The position numbers were made by a program, and so were the translations under genes. Shown here in pieces: positions 36,629 to 46,349 of a DNA stretch of 64,000 nucleotides. The notes under the pieces are model-generated. The model had not been told where the DNA came from. It searched no databases and was given only the letters and a program-made list of their open reading frames with translations. Where the stretch lies: positions 11,525 through 75,524 of the forward strand of contig SORU01000004.1 in assembly GCA_004402915.1 (NCBI GenBank), read 5' to 3'. The stretch comes from Fidelibacterota bacterium MT.SAG.2. GTDB lineage: Bacteria > Fidelibacterota > SORT01. Position 1 is the first letter of the stretch, and every line of letters begins with the position of its first letter.

Positions 36629-37405
36629 ATGGATATAAAACAAATATTAGATGAATGGGAGTATGATCCCTATAGTTTCAGCGTTCGGATCGTAGACGGA
36701 GACGATGGTAAACAGAAACTTCAAATACGGCTTGACCTTGGAGTTCTCCAGTTAGAGATGGAGGGAAGGCCGGATGGTACTTCTCCTCACAACAAAGAAT
36801 CACTATTAGATTACTATAAAGAAAAACTTGAGGATTCTCCAAACGATCCCGTATCAGGATCCGAATTTGTGTTGTCCGATGACGATTGTGATCAACTCCG
36901 GATGGAAGCGATTCAATATTATCACCGTTATGTCAGCCTATTAGAGCTTGAAAAGTATAAAGGTGTTATATCGGATACGGAACATAATCTTGAGATCCTT
37001 GATATGATGAAAGAATATGCCGAGGACAAATCTGATTTCATGAGTTATGAGCAATACAGACCCTACATATTGATGATAAACACTCTCGCAAAAGGTCGCA
37101 TGTCTCTGAATAAGAACCATTCTGAAAAAGCGTCAAAAATTGTTGAAAAGGGTATCAAACTTATTAACGATGCCCGCGCGGAGCTTGGACTGAAAGATTC
37201 TGTCTATGGTTATAAAGAAGTTAGATTTTTAGAAGAGTGGAATAAGGAATTCGATTCAAATAGCAGCCCTTCGGAATTGGACCTGCTGCAGAGGAAACTG
37301 ATGAAAGCGGTGAAAATAGAAGATTATGAATCTGCTGCTCTGATTCGGGATGATATTTCTAATTTCGATAAGAGAGGGAAGAAAAAAATCAACCCGAGTA
37401 AATAA
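36629..37405 (+). CDS. UVR (UvrB/UvrC motif) domain-containing protein
   Basis: C-terminal LQRKLMKAVKIEDYESAALIRDDISNF matches the UVR motif. The rest is unassigned. Confidence 0.55.
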   Translation: MDIKQILDEWEYDPYSFSVRIVDGDDGKQKLQIRLDLGVLQLEMEGRPDGTSPHNKESLLDYYKEKLEDSPNDPVSGSEFVLSDDDCDQLRMEAIQYYHRYVSLLELEKYKGVISDTEHNLEILDMMKEYAEDKSDFMSYEQYRPYILMINTLAKGRMSLNKNHSEKASKIVEKGIKLINDARAELGLKDSVYGYKEVRFLEEWNKEFDSNSSPSELDLLQRKLMKAVKIEDYESAALIRDDISNFDKRGKKKINPSK

Positions 37406-37419
37406 AGCTCTTCTTCTTA

Positions 37420-39015
37420 CTATAATCTGCTTATAATATTCAGTTCTATTCCCTCAAAGGGAAGCAGTTCATAACAGGTTCCAGCCGTGCAAGCAGGACC
37501 GCCTCTGCGTTTTCCGACGAACAGACGAACCTGATGTTTCATTCCCAATTCAAACGACAAGTTAATTGATGACCACCAACGGGCGGAAGTTTCAACGATA
37601 TCGAATGTAGAGCGTCTATCGGTATCCAAAATATCGGTGGAGCGTTCTGTTAAGAAACTCGCGGAAAAGAGACCTGATTTTCCGTAGGATAAAGAGAGGT
37701 ACAAATTCCTATACTTGGTTACCTCGAAGTTCCTCGACAGATCATTATTTTCTTTGTAAAATTCAAAATCCCGTGTTGCATTCTGTAACGCAATATCAAC
37801 AGTTGTGCTGCTTTTATGATTCAAATTGAGAGTCCATGAACCACCGAAAGTTACTTTTTCCGAGATGCTGTTAAACTCGTCTTTTGAATTAACCAGATAC
37901 AGAGCGCCTTTTATCTCGTCAGAAAACTTATGCGAAACCTCCAAAAAAAATTCTGAAAAATCTGTGTTGTAGTCAAAGATAGTGTTCCTTGCAAAACTAA
38001 TGTTGGTGGTGAAGGTTGTAAATTGAGACTGAAAATAGCTTAATTCGAGCTGATAACCTCTTTCATCTTGAGGAAGAAGCACGTGTGTATCCCGGTTAAG
38101 AAGAACATAGGAGTGCTCTTTTACAAGAGATGGAGGATCATTCACGCCGAGATTATACAAAAGATAATCTTTGAATTCAGATGATAGACTGAGTTTCTTG
38201 TAATCTATGCTTAATGCAACATAAATCGCATGGGGAGTTTCCGACGATGTGCTGATACCGTCAGAAATAATATTCCGGTCTCTGTTACTGATTTCACCTT
38301 CGATATCGAGATATAGGTCTTCTACTTTATGAATACGTTCGAAAAAATTAGAATTGAGATTCAAACTAAAAGAGAATATTTCGTTATCTTCACCCTTATC
38401 CGGAATGAGATGGAGATATGAACTTCCAATTCTAAGAAAACCGGAGAAGTCATACTCTATCTCAGCCCCTTCGATAATACCGCTGCGTCGATCCTTCTGA
38501 GAAAGTAGATCGAAGTTGGTTGAAGGCGACAGCGTGCTTTCTACAGGAACGCCTCTGAGAAATGTTAGTTGAGTAGAGGGCAGCGAGTACTCGAGCAGTA
38601 TGCCGTTTAAATCACGTGTGGGTGTATATCGTGAAAAGGAGCCGAGGTCTTCGAGAATCACACCGGGTAGATCGAAGGAACGTTGAGAAATGCCGTTACC
38701 GAACATATTATAAAAATTGCCTAATCTAACTCTGAAACTGCTTTCTCTGATCTCCATATATCGCTGAGTAATAGCACTATAGCCGGTTTCAAATTCAGAA
38801 GAAGTATAGTTTTCCAACCTTAATCCGACACTAAACAGATTCGCAGAGTAATTCAGATTGAATTGATCATACCATCCGGTTCGAGAGGAAATCCGGTCAT
38901 TTGAATTGCCAAATTGAAATTCGGCGCTATTTATCGCGGAAATCTGAGCTGAATTTTGAGAGTGCAGCGCAAAGAGAAGGAGAAAAATAACAATGAAGTT
39001 TTGAAAAGAATTCAA
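37420..39015 (-). CDS. outer-membrane beta-barrel protein (possibly DUF6029-like, unverified)
   Basis: Signal peptide. Alternating beta-strand pattern throughout. Conserved-looking GGPACTAGTCYELLPFEG near the C-terminus. Last gene of the thioredoxin operon. Confidence 0.55.
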   Translation of the reverse strand: MNSFQNFIVIFLLLFALHSQNSAQISAINSAEFQFGNSNDRISSRTGWYDQFNLNYSANLFSVGLRLENYTSSEFETGYSAITQRYMEIRESSFRVRLGNFYNMFGNGISQRSFDLPGVILEDLGSFSRYTPTRDLNGILLEYSLPSTQLTFLRGVPVESTLSPSTNFDLLSQKDRRSGIIEGAEIEYDFSGFLRIGSSYLHLIPDKGEDNEIFSFSLNLNSNFFERIHKVEDLYLDIEGEISNRDRNIISDGISTSSETPHAIYVALSIDYKKLSLSSEFKDYLLYNLGVNDPPSLVKEHSYVLLNRDTHVLLPQDERGYQLELSYFQSQFTTFTTNISFARNTIFDYNTDFSEFFLEVSHKFSDEIKGALYLVNSKDEFNSISEKVTFGGSWTLNLNHKSSTTVDIALQNATRDFEFYKENNDLSRNFEVTKYRNLYLSLSYGKSGLFSASFLTERSTDILDTDRRSTFDIVETSARWWSSINLSFELGMKHQVRLFVGKRRGGPACTAGTCYELLPFEGIELNIISRL

Positions 39016-39032
39016 ATATAAGCCGCTGTCTT

Positions 39033-39536
39033 TTAAGAATCATCACTGTCGAACAACAGTGATCTTATTTCATTTTCTAAAAGAATTTCATCTCCCCTGA
39101 TGTATCCTTTATGAATTTTGATGATAGAGCCGTCTTTTGCGATCAAAAACCAGGTGGGCAGGCTGTAGACGCCATAATCGGACATTACTTCAGCGGTTTC
39201 ATCTATGAGGATTGGAAAAGAAATATTCAAAGAACGAAGAAATGAGCGGATCTTCCGCTTATTTCTCGGACCGTCTTCGTTTATACCGATGATGGATAAG
39301 CCATTATCTTCATATTTGTTGTGCATTCTCTCCAAATGAGGAAAATACTCTTTACAAGGATTGCACCATGTCGCCCAAAAATCCAATAAAACAGGACCCT
39401 TTTCAAGAAGACGTTCTAAGTCATATCTGTTACCTGCAATATCCGATAATTGTATGCGACGGGCTTTTTCCTGTGAAAAGAGTTCTCCATCGAAAATAAA
39501 TAGAGCGATGGAAAAAATCAGGACTCTATTGATCAC
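39033..39536 (-). CDS. TlpA/ResA-family thiol:disulfide oxidoreductase
   Basis: Signal anchor. VLLDFWATWCNPCKEYFP active site. Thioredoxin fold. Confidence 0.85.
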   Translation of the reverse strand: MINRVLIFSIALFIFDGELFSQEKARRIQLSDIAGNRYDLERLLEKGPVLLDFWATWCNPCKEYFPHLERMHNKYEDNGLSIIGINEDGPRNKRKIRSFLRSLNISFPILIDETAEVMSDYGVYSLPTWFLIAKDGSIIKIHKGYIRGDEILLENEIRSLLFDSDDS

Positions 39537-40345
39537 TTGATGAATGCCATTTTACGAGTTATTTCGACATCTTCAATTTGAAGTTTATAAAAATAAATGC
39601 CCGACGGCAAATTCTGTGGACTCCACTCATAAACATAGTCAGTAGGTGATTGCAACTCATCAACTAACGTATCAACCTCTCTGCCCGATAAATCATAAAC
39701 TATTAAAGTTACGTAGCCTCCTGTCAGCAAAGTGTATTCAATAAATGTTGCAGCATTGAACGGGTTAGGATAATTCTGTGATAAATTAAAATCGACCGGA
39801 ATTTCACCTGAATTTAATCCTGTCCTAGTTAAGAGTTGTTTGATAGTGTCTGTTAGCTCTTTAATTCTATAACGTTCTCCCAATATCCCGTTGTCGGCGC
39901 TCGAATATCTGATAATGCCTTGATGATCAAGAACAAGATAATTGTCATAAGTTATACGGTAATTATCTAATTCATTACCGGCGCGAGTGAGCAGTGGATA
40001 TGTGATACCAGAAGAAATTACGTATGATTGTGCCTGTGATAAAGAACCGTTCCAGGTTTCCAATGCCAACGCCTGGAAGGAGTCGCTCTTAAAGACTTGC
40101 CATATATCGGATTCAGTAGAAGGAGCAACGGCTCTGCAAAATGGACAGCCATGACCGATGAAAGCGAGAAATACAACATTCCCTTTAAAGTCAGAAAGCC
40201 TGTAACTATCTCCTTTGGTATCGGTGTATTCAAAATCAGACTCTAAATCACCTACTTTGCCTTGTGAGAGTAAGGTATTCGGGAAAGCTAACAGTACTGA
40301 ATAAATTAAATTCAGTAATAAATATTTGTATTTAATATCGCTCAT
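39533..40345 (-). CDS. thioredoxin-fold (redoxin/AhpC-TSA-like) protein fused to a T9SS C-terminal sorting domain
   Basis: VVFLAFIGHGCPFCRAVAP CxxC motif. C-terminal QNYPNPFNAAT...SGIYFYKLQIEDVEITRKMAFIK. Its stop overlaps the tlpA-like start by 4 nt. Confidence 0.7.
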   Translation of the reverse strand: MSDIKYKYLLLNLIYSVLLAFPNTLLSQGKVGDLESDFEYTDTKGDSYRLSDFKGNVVFLAFIGHGCPFCRAVAPSTESDIWQVFKSDSFQALALETWNGSLSQAQSYVISSGITYPLLTRAGNELDNYRITYDNYLVLDHQGIIRYSSADNGILGERYRIKELTDTIKQLLTRTGLNSGEIPVDFNLSQNYPNPFNAATFIEYTLLTGGYVTLIVYDLSGREVDTLVDELQSPTDYVYEWSPQNLPSGIYFYKLQIEDVEITRKMAFIK

Positions 40346-40495
40346 TTGCCCAATCTGCATCTCATAATATTAAGAAATATTATATCATATGCAAATCTAA
40401 GAAAATGTAACCAACATCACTTTAAATTCACTATATTATTTGAAAGAAAGCAGGTTTCAAATAAATTGTTCAGTACTTTCGCTATAAGAGGATTT

Positions 40496-42526
40496 ATGAA
40501 TTCATATTATGTCACACTGTGGCTGTTATTAGCTTCAATTCCTGCGAACGCTATCCAATCTTCAGGGATAATTGATGATGCATTATTTGAAATAGTCTCT
40601 GAATCTGTATCGGGTGCGCGTGCGAAAGAAGACGTCAAACAGATTATTCAAAATCATCGTGTTCAAGCAACAAAAGGCTATTCGAATGCTGCAAAATATA
40701 TTAAAGAAGAACTTAAAGCAGCAGGTGTAACTAACGTAAAAACACATAAGTACAAGTCAAATGGCAAAAAAAGATATAACGCTTACACGTCCCCCATGTC
40801 CTGGACTGTTAAGAGTGGGATTCTTAATATGATTGAGCCTTATGAGATGAATCTTGCCGATTATACAGCGGTTCCAACCAGCCTGACTACACTGTCCAAC
40901 GGTGGAAGTTGGGAGGGTGAACTCATTGATGTAGGTTCCGGCCTGAAAGACGAAGATTACGAGGATATCAATGTCGAGGGGAAGATCGTCTTCGCTTACG
41001 GTTATGCCGGAACTGTGCATCGTCAAGCTGTCATCAAGAGGAAGGCATTAGGGGTTGTAATAAGACCTTCCGATTCTGACAGGGTTGCTATGAGGGATGC
41101 GGTTAGATACAACGGTCTCTGGCCAAAATGGGATGAAAGGAAAAAAGTCGGTTTCGGGTTTCAGCTTTCGCGCGCTAATTCTGAAGAATTAATGAATTTA
41201 CTTGATTCAGGCGAGAAAATCATAGTCAACGCAGAAGTGGATGCGAAGCTTCATTCGGGCGAGTTGGTGATCATAAGCGCAGTGATCAAGGGCAGGCAGA
41301 AAGATTCCGGTCAGTTCGTTCTAATAGCTCACCTCGATCATTATAAACCCGGTGCAAACGATAATGCAAGCGGTTCGGCAGCGATTTTAGAAATAGCGCG
41401 AACTCTTAACAAACTTATCAGTTCCGGAACAATAGAACGTCCACGCCGTTCTATACGGTTTTTGTGGGTACCCGAGCATTTCGGAACGATGGCGTACTTG
41501 ACGAAGGACAGAGACGAGTTGGAGGGAGCGATCTGCGGAATCAACCTCGACATGGTCGGAGAGAATACAAAACTGACAGACACCCGGCTTGACGTTATTC
41601 TAACCCCTGCCTCTGCAGCTACTTTTTTTAATGATCTGATCGTTGAAGTGGTTAAGGAAGTGAAAAGGAAAGAACCGAGTTCCTCGAAAGGCTCTGATAA
41701 TCTATTCGAGTATGATCTGAAGAAATTCAGATTAGGGAGCGATCATGATATGTTGAATGATCCGTTGATCGGAATTCCTACGGTAGCGCTCGGTTATTGG
41801 GCCGACAGGTATCACCATACTAATGAAGACTCGTACGATAAAATTGACGCTACAACGCTTAAAAGAAATATGATAATCGGTGCCTATAGCGCATTGTGGA
41901 TAGCAAATGCAGGAGACGAGGAAGCAGATAAATTAACGATTCTCACCTTTGCAAAGGCGAGAGAACGAATAATACAATTGGGATTAGAGGGTTCTCTATC
42001 ATTGAAAATAAACGACAGCCAAGAGAAAATTAAGCATTTGACAGATAGGATCGATCTCCAAACAGAGGTGGATAACAACGCTCTCATCTCGATACGAAAA
42101 CTCCGAAGCGGCGAAAGCTCGATGGAAGATATGTATAGAGTCGCCTTAGATGAACTGGGAAAGTCTGAAAAGACATTGATGTTGAGTAGGATAGGCAAGG
42201 CGTCATCAAAAGATCATCGAATTGTTACAGGCTCAACAGCCAGAATTCCTAAGAGAAAGTTTATCGGACCTGTTTCGGACTCTTATGCTGACATCTGGTT
42301 TTCAGAACATCTTGGAGAGGATTACAAATGGTATAGTGAGGTTAAAATTTCCAATCTTGATCTTATACGTTACGAAACGGTGAATTTTATGAACGGCAAA
42401 AGAAATATATCCCAAATCCATAAATTGGTGAGTGCGGAATTGGGACGTTATGATGTTAAAATAACAGAAATAATTATTGATAATCTGTCAAAACTCGGTT
42501 TAATTGAATGGGTGAAATTAAAATAG
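40496..42526 (+). CDS. M28-family aminopeptidase-like protein (PA domain plus C-terminal winged-helix-like extension)
   Basis: Start trimmed to MNSYYVTLWLLLASIPANA. IAHLDHYKPGANDNASGSAAILEIARTL and NLDMVGE metal-ligand motifs. Confidence 0.75.
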   Translation: MNSYYVTLWLLLASIPANAIQSSGIIDDALFEIVSESVSGARAKEDVKQIIQNHRVQATKGYSNAAKYIKEELKAAGVTNVKTHKYKSNGKKRYNAYTSPMSWTVKSGILNMIEPYEMNLADYTAVPTSLTTLSNGGSWEGELIDVGSGLKDEDYEDINVEGKIVFAYGYAGTVHRQAVIKRKALGVVIRPSDSDRVAMRDAVRYNGLWPKWDERKKVGFGFQLSRANSEELMNLLDSGEKIIVNAEVDAKLHSGELVIISAVIKGRQKDSGQFVLIAHLDHYKPGANDNASGSAAILEIARTLNKLISSGTIERPRRSIRFLWVPEHFGTMAYLTKDRDELEGAICGINLDMVGENTKLTDTRLDVILTPASAATFFNDLIVEVVKEVKRKEPSSSKGSDNLFEYDLKKFRLGSDHDMLNDPLIGIPTVALGYWADRYHHTNEDSYDKIDATTLKRNMIIGAYSALWIANAGDEEADKLTILTFAKARERIIQLGLEGSLSLKINDSQEKIKHLTDRIDLQTEVDNNALISIRKLRSGESSMEDMYRVALDELGKSEKTLMLSRIGKASSKDHRIVTGSTARIPKRKFIGPVSDSYADIWFSEHLGEDYKWYSEVKISNLDLIRYETVNFMNGKRNISQIHKLVSAELGRYDVKITEIIIDNLSKLGLIEWVKLK

Positions 42527-42543
42527 AATCAAAGAAGCGATAA

Positions 42544-43602
42544 TTGAATTACGGATCTGAACATGCAGGGAGATGGCAGAGGCCTGCGAATAATAATCGA
42601 GCAGAGTGTACGCTGTGTCCAAGATATTGTAAAATTCCTGAGGGTAAAGCAGGTTTCTGCTCTATCCGCAAGAATATTGATGGTATAATAGAAAATATTG
42701 CTTATGGAAGGCCAACAGGATTTGCTGTTGACCCTATCGAAAAAAAACCTCTTTTTCATTTTCTTCCGGGGACCGGTGTTTTGAGTTTCGGTACAGCCGG
42801 CTGCAACCTCGGATGCAAATTCTGCCAGAATTGGCATATATCAAAAGTAAAAATAGATGAGGCGAACAGCATCGAAGCTTCGCCCGAACAAGTAGTGAAA
42901 ATAGCCATAGATAATAATTGTCCTACGATTGCATTTACGTATAATGACCCCACTATATGGGCGGAATACGCCATGGATATTTCGATATTGGCTAAACAGG
43001 TAGGCATAAAGAGCGTTTGGGTAACTGCGGGGTATATCACAAAAGAAGCTAGAATAGATGCCTACGAAAATGTAGATGCCGCTAATGTCGACCTTAAAGC
43101 CTTTTCACAGGAGTTTTACGGAAAGATTACGCTCTCAAAGTTGGAGCCGGTGTTAGATACGATCAAATGGCTGAAAAACGAAACTGATGTCTGGATTGAG
43201 ATTACTAATTTGATTATTCCGACTCTGAACGACGGAGATGATGAATTTAAAAAGATGGTTGATTGGATTACTGAAAATTTAGGAGAAGAGGTTCCGCTGC
43301 ACTTTACAGCGTTTCATCCTGATTTTAAACTGAAAGAACTACCAAGGACAGAAGCAAGTACACTGAATAGAGCTCGAAAAATTGCTTTAGAAGCAGGATT
43401 GAAATACTGCTATGTCGGTAATGTACACGACATCGGTTCATCAAGCACAATGTGTCCAAAATGTGATTCTCTTCTCATCGAAAGAGATTGGCACAGTGTC
43501 CTTCAGAATAATATTCGCAATGGAAAATGTCCTACATGCGGTACGCAAATACCAGGTGTTTTTAATTCGGATAAAGTTTATCTGAATTCGCTTGACACAT
43601 AA
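42544..43602 (+). CDS. AmmeMemoRadiSam-system radical SAM enzyme
   Basis: N-terminal CTLCPRYCKIPEGKAGFCSIRKN. CNLGCKFCQNW radical-SAM cluster. C-terminal CPKC...CPTC zinc ribbon. TTG start. Confidence 0.8.
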   Translation: MNYGSEHAGRWQRPANNNRAECTLCPRYCKIPEGKAGFCSIRKNIDGIIENIAYGRPTGFAVDPIEKKPLFHFLPGTGVLSFGTAGCNLGCKFCQNWHISKVKIDEANSIEASPEQVVKIAIDNNCPTIAFTYNDPTIWAEYAMDISILAKQVGIKSVWVTAGYITKEARIDAYENVDAANVDLKAFSQEFYGKITLSKLEPVLDTIKWLKNETDVWIEITNLIIPTLNDGDDEFKKMVDWITENLGEEVPLHFTAFHPDFKLKELPRTEASTLNRARKIALEAGLKYCYVGNVHDIGSSSTMCPKCDSLLIERDWHSVLQNNIRNGKCPTCGTQIPGVFNSDKVYLNSLDT

Positions 43603-43649
43603 TTCAGTTCATGTTACTTTAAAAGAGTGAATAACCTAAAGCACATAAA

Positions 43650-44198
43650 ATGAACCATAAAGACTCTTACTCGACACCCGAACTCCTTAGAATAATGGGA
43701 GGACTCGAGTTGAGAATGAACCAATTTTATACTCAAGTTGCCAAGAAATTCACTGAGCCTGAAGGTATAAGAATTTTTTGGGATTCTCTTGCGCAACAGG
43801 AATCTGTTCATTCTACTATAATTTATACTCTCTCGAATATGTACAGAAACAACCCGGGAATGTTTAATGAAATAGTTGAAGTAGATTACTCAACTATGTC
43901 TAAAATAGAGGATTTCATTAAAACTTCAGAAGAAAAAATAAATAATGAAGATTTTGATCTTAACGCAGCCTTGCAAGAAGCCTTTGACCTTGAAACTCTC
44001 GAAGTAAATGACATTTACGACAGGATCATTGAAAGTCCCAGAGAGCCTTTCCTGGCAGTTATAGATCATCTAATCGAATCGGAGGATGCCCACCTTAATT
44101 CATTGGTTGAAGCCATTCTTGAATATGCGAGTAGTGATAAACTTATAGAGAAAGCAAAGAATCTTAGAGCCACATTTTCTGTTCACGAGCAAGTCTAA
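43650..44198 (+). CDS. ferritin-like (di-iron, rubrerythrin-type four-helix bundle) protein
   Basis: Two E..H pairs in predicted helices (QQESVH, ESEDAH), with upstream Glu residues (LELRMNQFY, ETLEVNDIY). Confidence 0.45.
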   Translation: MNHKDSYSTPELLRIMGGLELRMNQFYTQVAKKFTEPEGIRIFWDSLAQQESVHSTIIYTLSNMYRNNPGMFNEIVEVDYSTMSKIEDFIKTSEEKINNEDFDLNAALQEAFDLETLEVNDIYDRIIESPREPFLAVIDHLIESEDAHLNSLVEAILEYASSDKLIEKAKNLRATFSVHEQV

Positions 44199-44286
44199 AA
44201 TCATTTCAAGCAATATTATCGCCTTTTAATTAAACCGATGTTGACATATTCAGCGGTTAGATGTAACTTTATTATCGGCGTAAAAA

Positions 44287-44359
44287 GGGGCCGTAGCTCA
44301 GTTGGGAGAGCGCTGCGTTCGCAACGCAGAGGCCGAGGGTTCGACTCCCTTCGGCTCCA
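44287..44359 (+). tRNA. tRNA-Ala(CGC)
   Basis: GGGGCCGTAGCTCAGTTGGGAGAGCGCTGCGTTCGCAACGCAGAGGCCGAGGGTTCGACTCCCTTCGGCTCCA. G3:U70 Ala identity pair. Anticodon loop TT-CGC-AA. Confidence 0.93.
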
Positions 44360-44363
44360 CAAA

Positions 44364-44635
44364 GGCTGTGCACGATGGGGAGTTAGCGGTACCCTGTAAC
44401 CGGCAATCCGCTGTAGCCGGATCGATACCATGACCGAGGGTGTACCGATTTCGTTACTCCTTTACGGAATAAGTGTTGAAGCTTTAAGTCCTGCGCAATG
44501 AGAAGTTGCTAAACTCCGTCAGGACCGGAAGGTAGCAGCGGTAAGGTTACAACTTGTGTGCCGTAGATAGCTTAGGCGGAGCTTATGACGGAAAGGTAGA
44601 AGCGGAAAGAGTCACACGGAGTCTGGCGCACAGCC
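44364..44635 (+). ncRNA. ffs: signal recognition particle RNA, long (Alu-domain-containing, Bacillus-type) form
   Basis: Domain IV GTCAGGACCGGAAGGTAGCAGCGGTAAGG...GTGTGCCGTAGATAGCTTAGGCGG aligns with E. coli 4.5S GUCAGGUCCGGAAGGAAGCAGCCAAGG...GUGUGCCGGGAUGUAGCUGGCAGG. The termini pair (GGCTGTGC / GCGCACAGCC). It sits directly upstream of dnaX, as in Bacillus. Confidence 0.85.
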
Positions 44636-44656
44636 AACTTTTAACGGGAATGAAAA

Positions 44657-46333
44657 TTGTCATACTTAGTACTGTCAAGAAAATATAGACCTCAACAGTT
44701 TCAAGAAATTGTAGGTCAATCTCATGTAACAAAAACGCTGCAAAATGCTTTATTATTAGATCGCCTTTCACATGCCTATATCCTTTCAGGACCGAGAGGC
44801 GTAGGCAAAACCACGACTGCCCGCATTTTAGCAAAAGCCTTGAATTGTTTAGAAGGAACAAAATCAGAGCCATGCGGGGTATGCGGAATTTGTAATGAAA
44901 TTACCGAGGGTCGAAGCCTTGATGTATTAGAAATTGATGGCGCGACATATCGTGGCATAGACAAGATCAGAGATGATCTTCAGGATTATCTCCGGCATCC
45001 GCCGATGAAAACCTTGTATAAAGTTGTTATCATCGACGAGGTTCATATGCTTACTAAAGAAGCGTTTAACGCCTTACTTAAAACGCTTGAAGAACCACCA
45101 CCTAATGTCGTGTTTATATTCGCGACTACTCAGCCCAATAAGGTACCACCAACAATTCTATCGAGATGTCAACGTTTTGATTTCAAACGAATACTGGGTT
45201 CGGAGATAATAAAATCTCTCGCAGAAATAATGAAAAAAGAAAAAATTGACATTGATGAGGATTCTTTGCTTCTGATCGCAAAAAAAGCAGATGGTGGAAT
45301 GAGAGATGCGTTGAGCCTTCTCGATCAGGTTATATCATTCACGGACGGCAGTGTAAACTTCTCATCCGTACGGTCGATTCTAAGCGTTGTGGACGAAGAA
45401 ATCTTTTTCTCAATAACGGATCTTGCAATGACGGGCAATTCTTTAAAAGGATTAGAGATTGTTGATGATTTGATGTCACAAGGGTATGATCCCGAGACAC
45501 TGATATCCGGTTTGTTAGAGCATTTGCGATCGCTCCTAATCGTCACTGTTACAAATTCAGCCGACTTGATCGAAACAACAAAAGATATTAAAAAACTATA
45601 CTTGGCGCAAAAAGACAGATTTGCTCAATCCGAACTGCACAGGATATCAAAATTAACTGAAGACGCATTACTTTCCATACCTCGAAGTTCCATGACGAGA
45701 ATGATTTTTGAATCGCTGCTCTTGAAAATATCAAATATGGATAAGAGTGTAGAGATTGAATCTCTCCTTAATGGAATGGGATATTCAGTTGAAGGAACCG
45801 ATTCGGAAAATGAAAAGAAGAGTAGCTCAATTAAAGATAAATCGAAATCCGCCTCCAATTCAGATTCAGAAAAAGCAGTTGCCGCAGCAGCTAAGGAAGT
45901 TTCCGACAAGAAGGATGATAGTCAATCCCAAAGCAAAAATAGCGCTTCAATTACTTTAGAAGAGTTGAAGGAGAAATGGGATTCAATTATCTTTGAGATC
46001 TCAAAAACGAGAAACAATCTCGGGAATGCACTGCAAAAAAGTCATTTGACGGGTCTAACCGGTAACTATCTTGAATTATCATTTGACAGCGATGACCAAT
46101 ACCAAAAGGGGGCCGTAGATCACAATTCCGAATACATTCGGAATTATTTAAAAGAAAATATCGGCATAGATATAATGCTCAAAACCGTTTCGGGAGAATT
46201 TAATAGTGTCAAGAACCATAGCACAGAAGAAATAATAGAGGACGAAAAGGAAACAATATCAGAGCAAGATATGCTGAAGCACCCAACCGTAGAAAAAATC
46301 ATGGAAAAATTTAACGGAAAATTAGCGTTATAA
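44657..46333 (+). CDS. dnaX: DNA polymerase III subunits gamma/tau
   Basis: MSYLVLSRKYRPQQF, GPRGVGKTTTARILAK, Zn module CLEGTKSEPCGVCGIC, IIDEVHMLT and SRCQRFDF. TTG start. Confidence 0.93.
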   Translation: MSYLVLSRKYRPQQFQEIVGQSHVTKTLQNALLLDRLSHAYILSGPRGVGKTTTARILAKALNCLEGTKSEPCGVCGICNEITEGRSLDVLEIDGATYRGIDKIRDDLQDYLRHPPMKTLYKVVIIDEVHMLTKEAFNALLKTLEEPPPNVVFIFATTQPNKVPPTILSRCQRFDFKRILGSEIIKSLAEIMKKEKIDIDEDSLLLIAKKADGGMRDALSLLDQVISFTDGSVNFSSVRSILSVVDEEIFFSITDLAMTGNSLKGLEIVDDLMSQGYDPETLISGLLEHLRSLLIVTVTNSADLIETTKDIKKLYLAQKDRFAQSELHRISKLTEDALLSIPRSSMTRMIFESLLLKISNMDKSVEIESLLNGMGYSVEGTDSENEKKSSSIKDKSKSASNSDSEKAVAAAAKEVSDKKDDSQSQSKNSASITLEELKEKWDSIIFEISKTRNNLGNALQKSHLTGLTGNYLELSFDSDDQYQKGAVDHNSEYIRNYLKENIGIDIMLKTVSGEFNSVKNHSTEEIIEDEKETISEQDMLKHPTVEKIMEKFNGKLAL

Positions 46334-46349
46334 ACATAGAGGTGATAAT

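Noticed and set aside
44216-44873. ORFs 44216-44431 (-) and 44583-44873 (-)
   Set aside because: They overlap tRNA-Ala, the SRP RNA and the dnaX start. The RNA genes and dnaX explain the region fully.
45280-45286. A7 run in dnaX as a possible programmed frameshift or transcriptional-slippage site producing gamma
   Set aside because: It lies at about codon 208, inside the conserved ATPase and lid region. That is far upstream of where known gamma/tau frameshift sites occur, and no downstream hairpin is evident.
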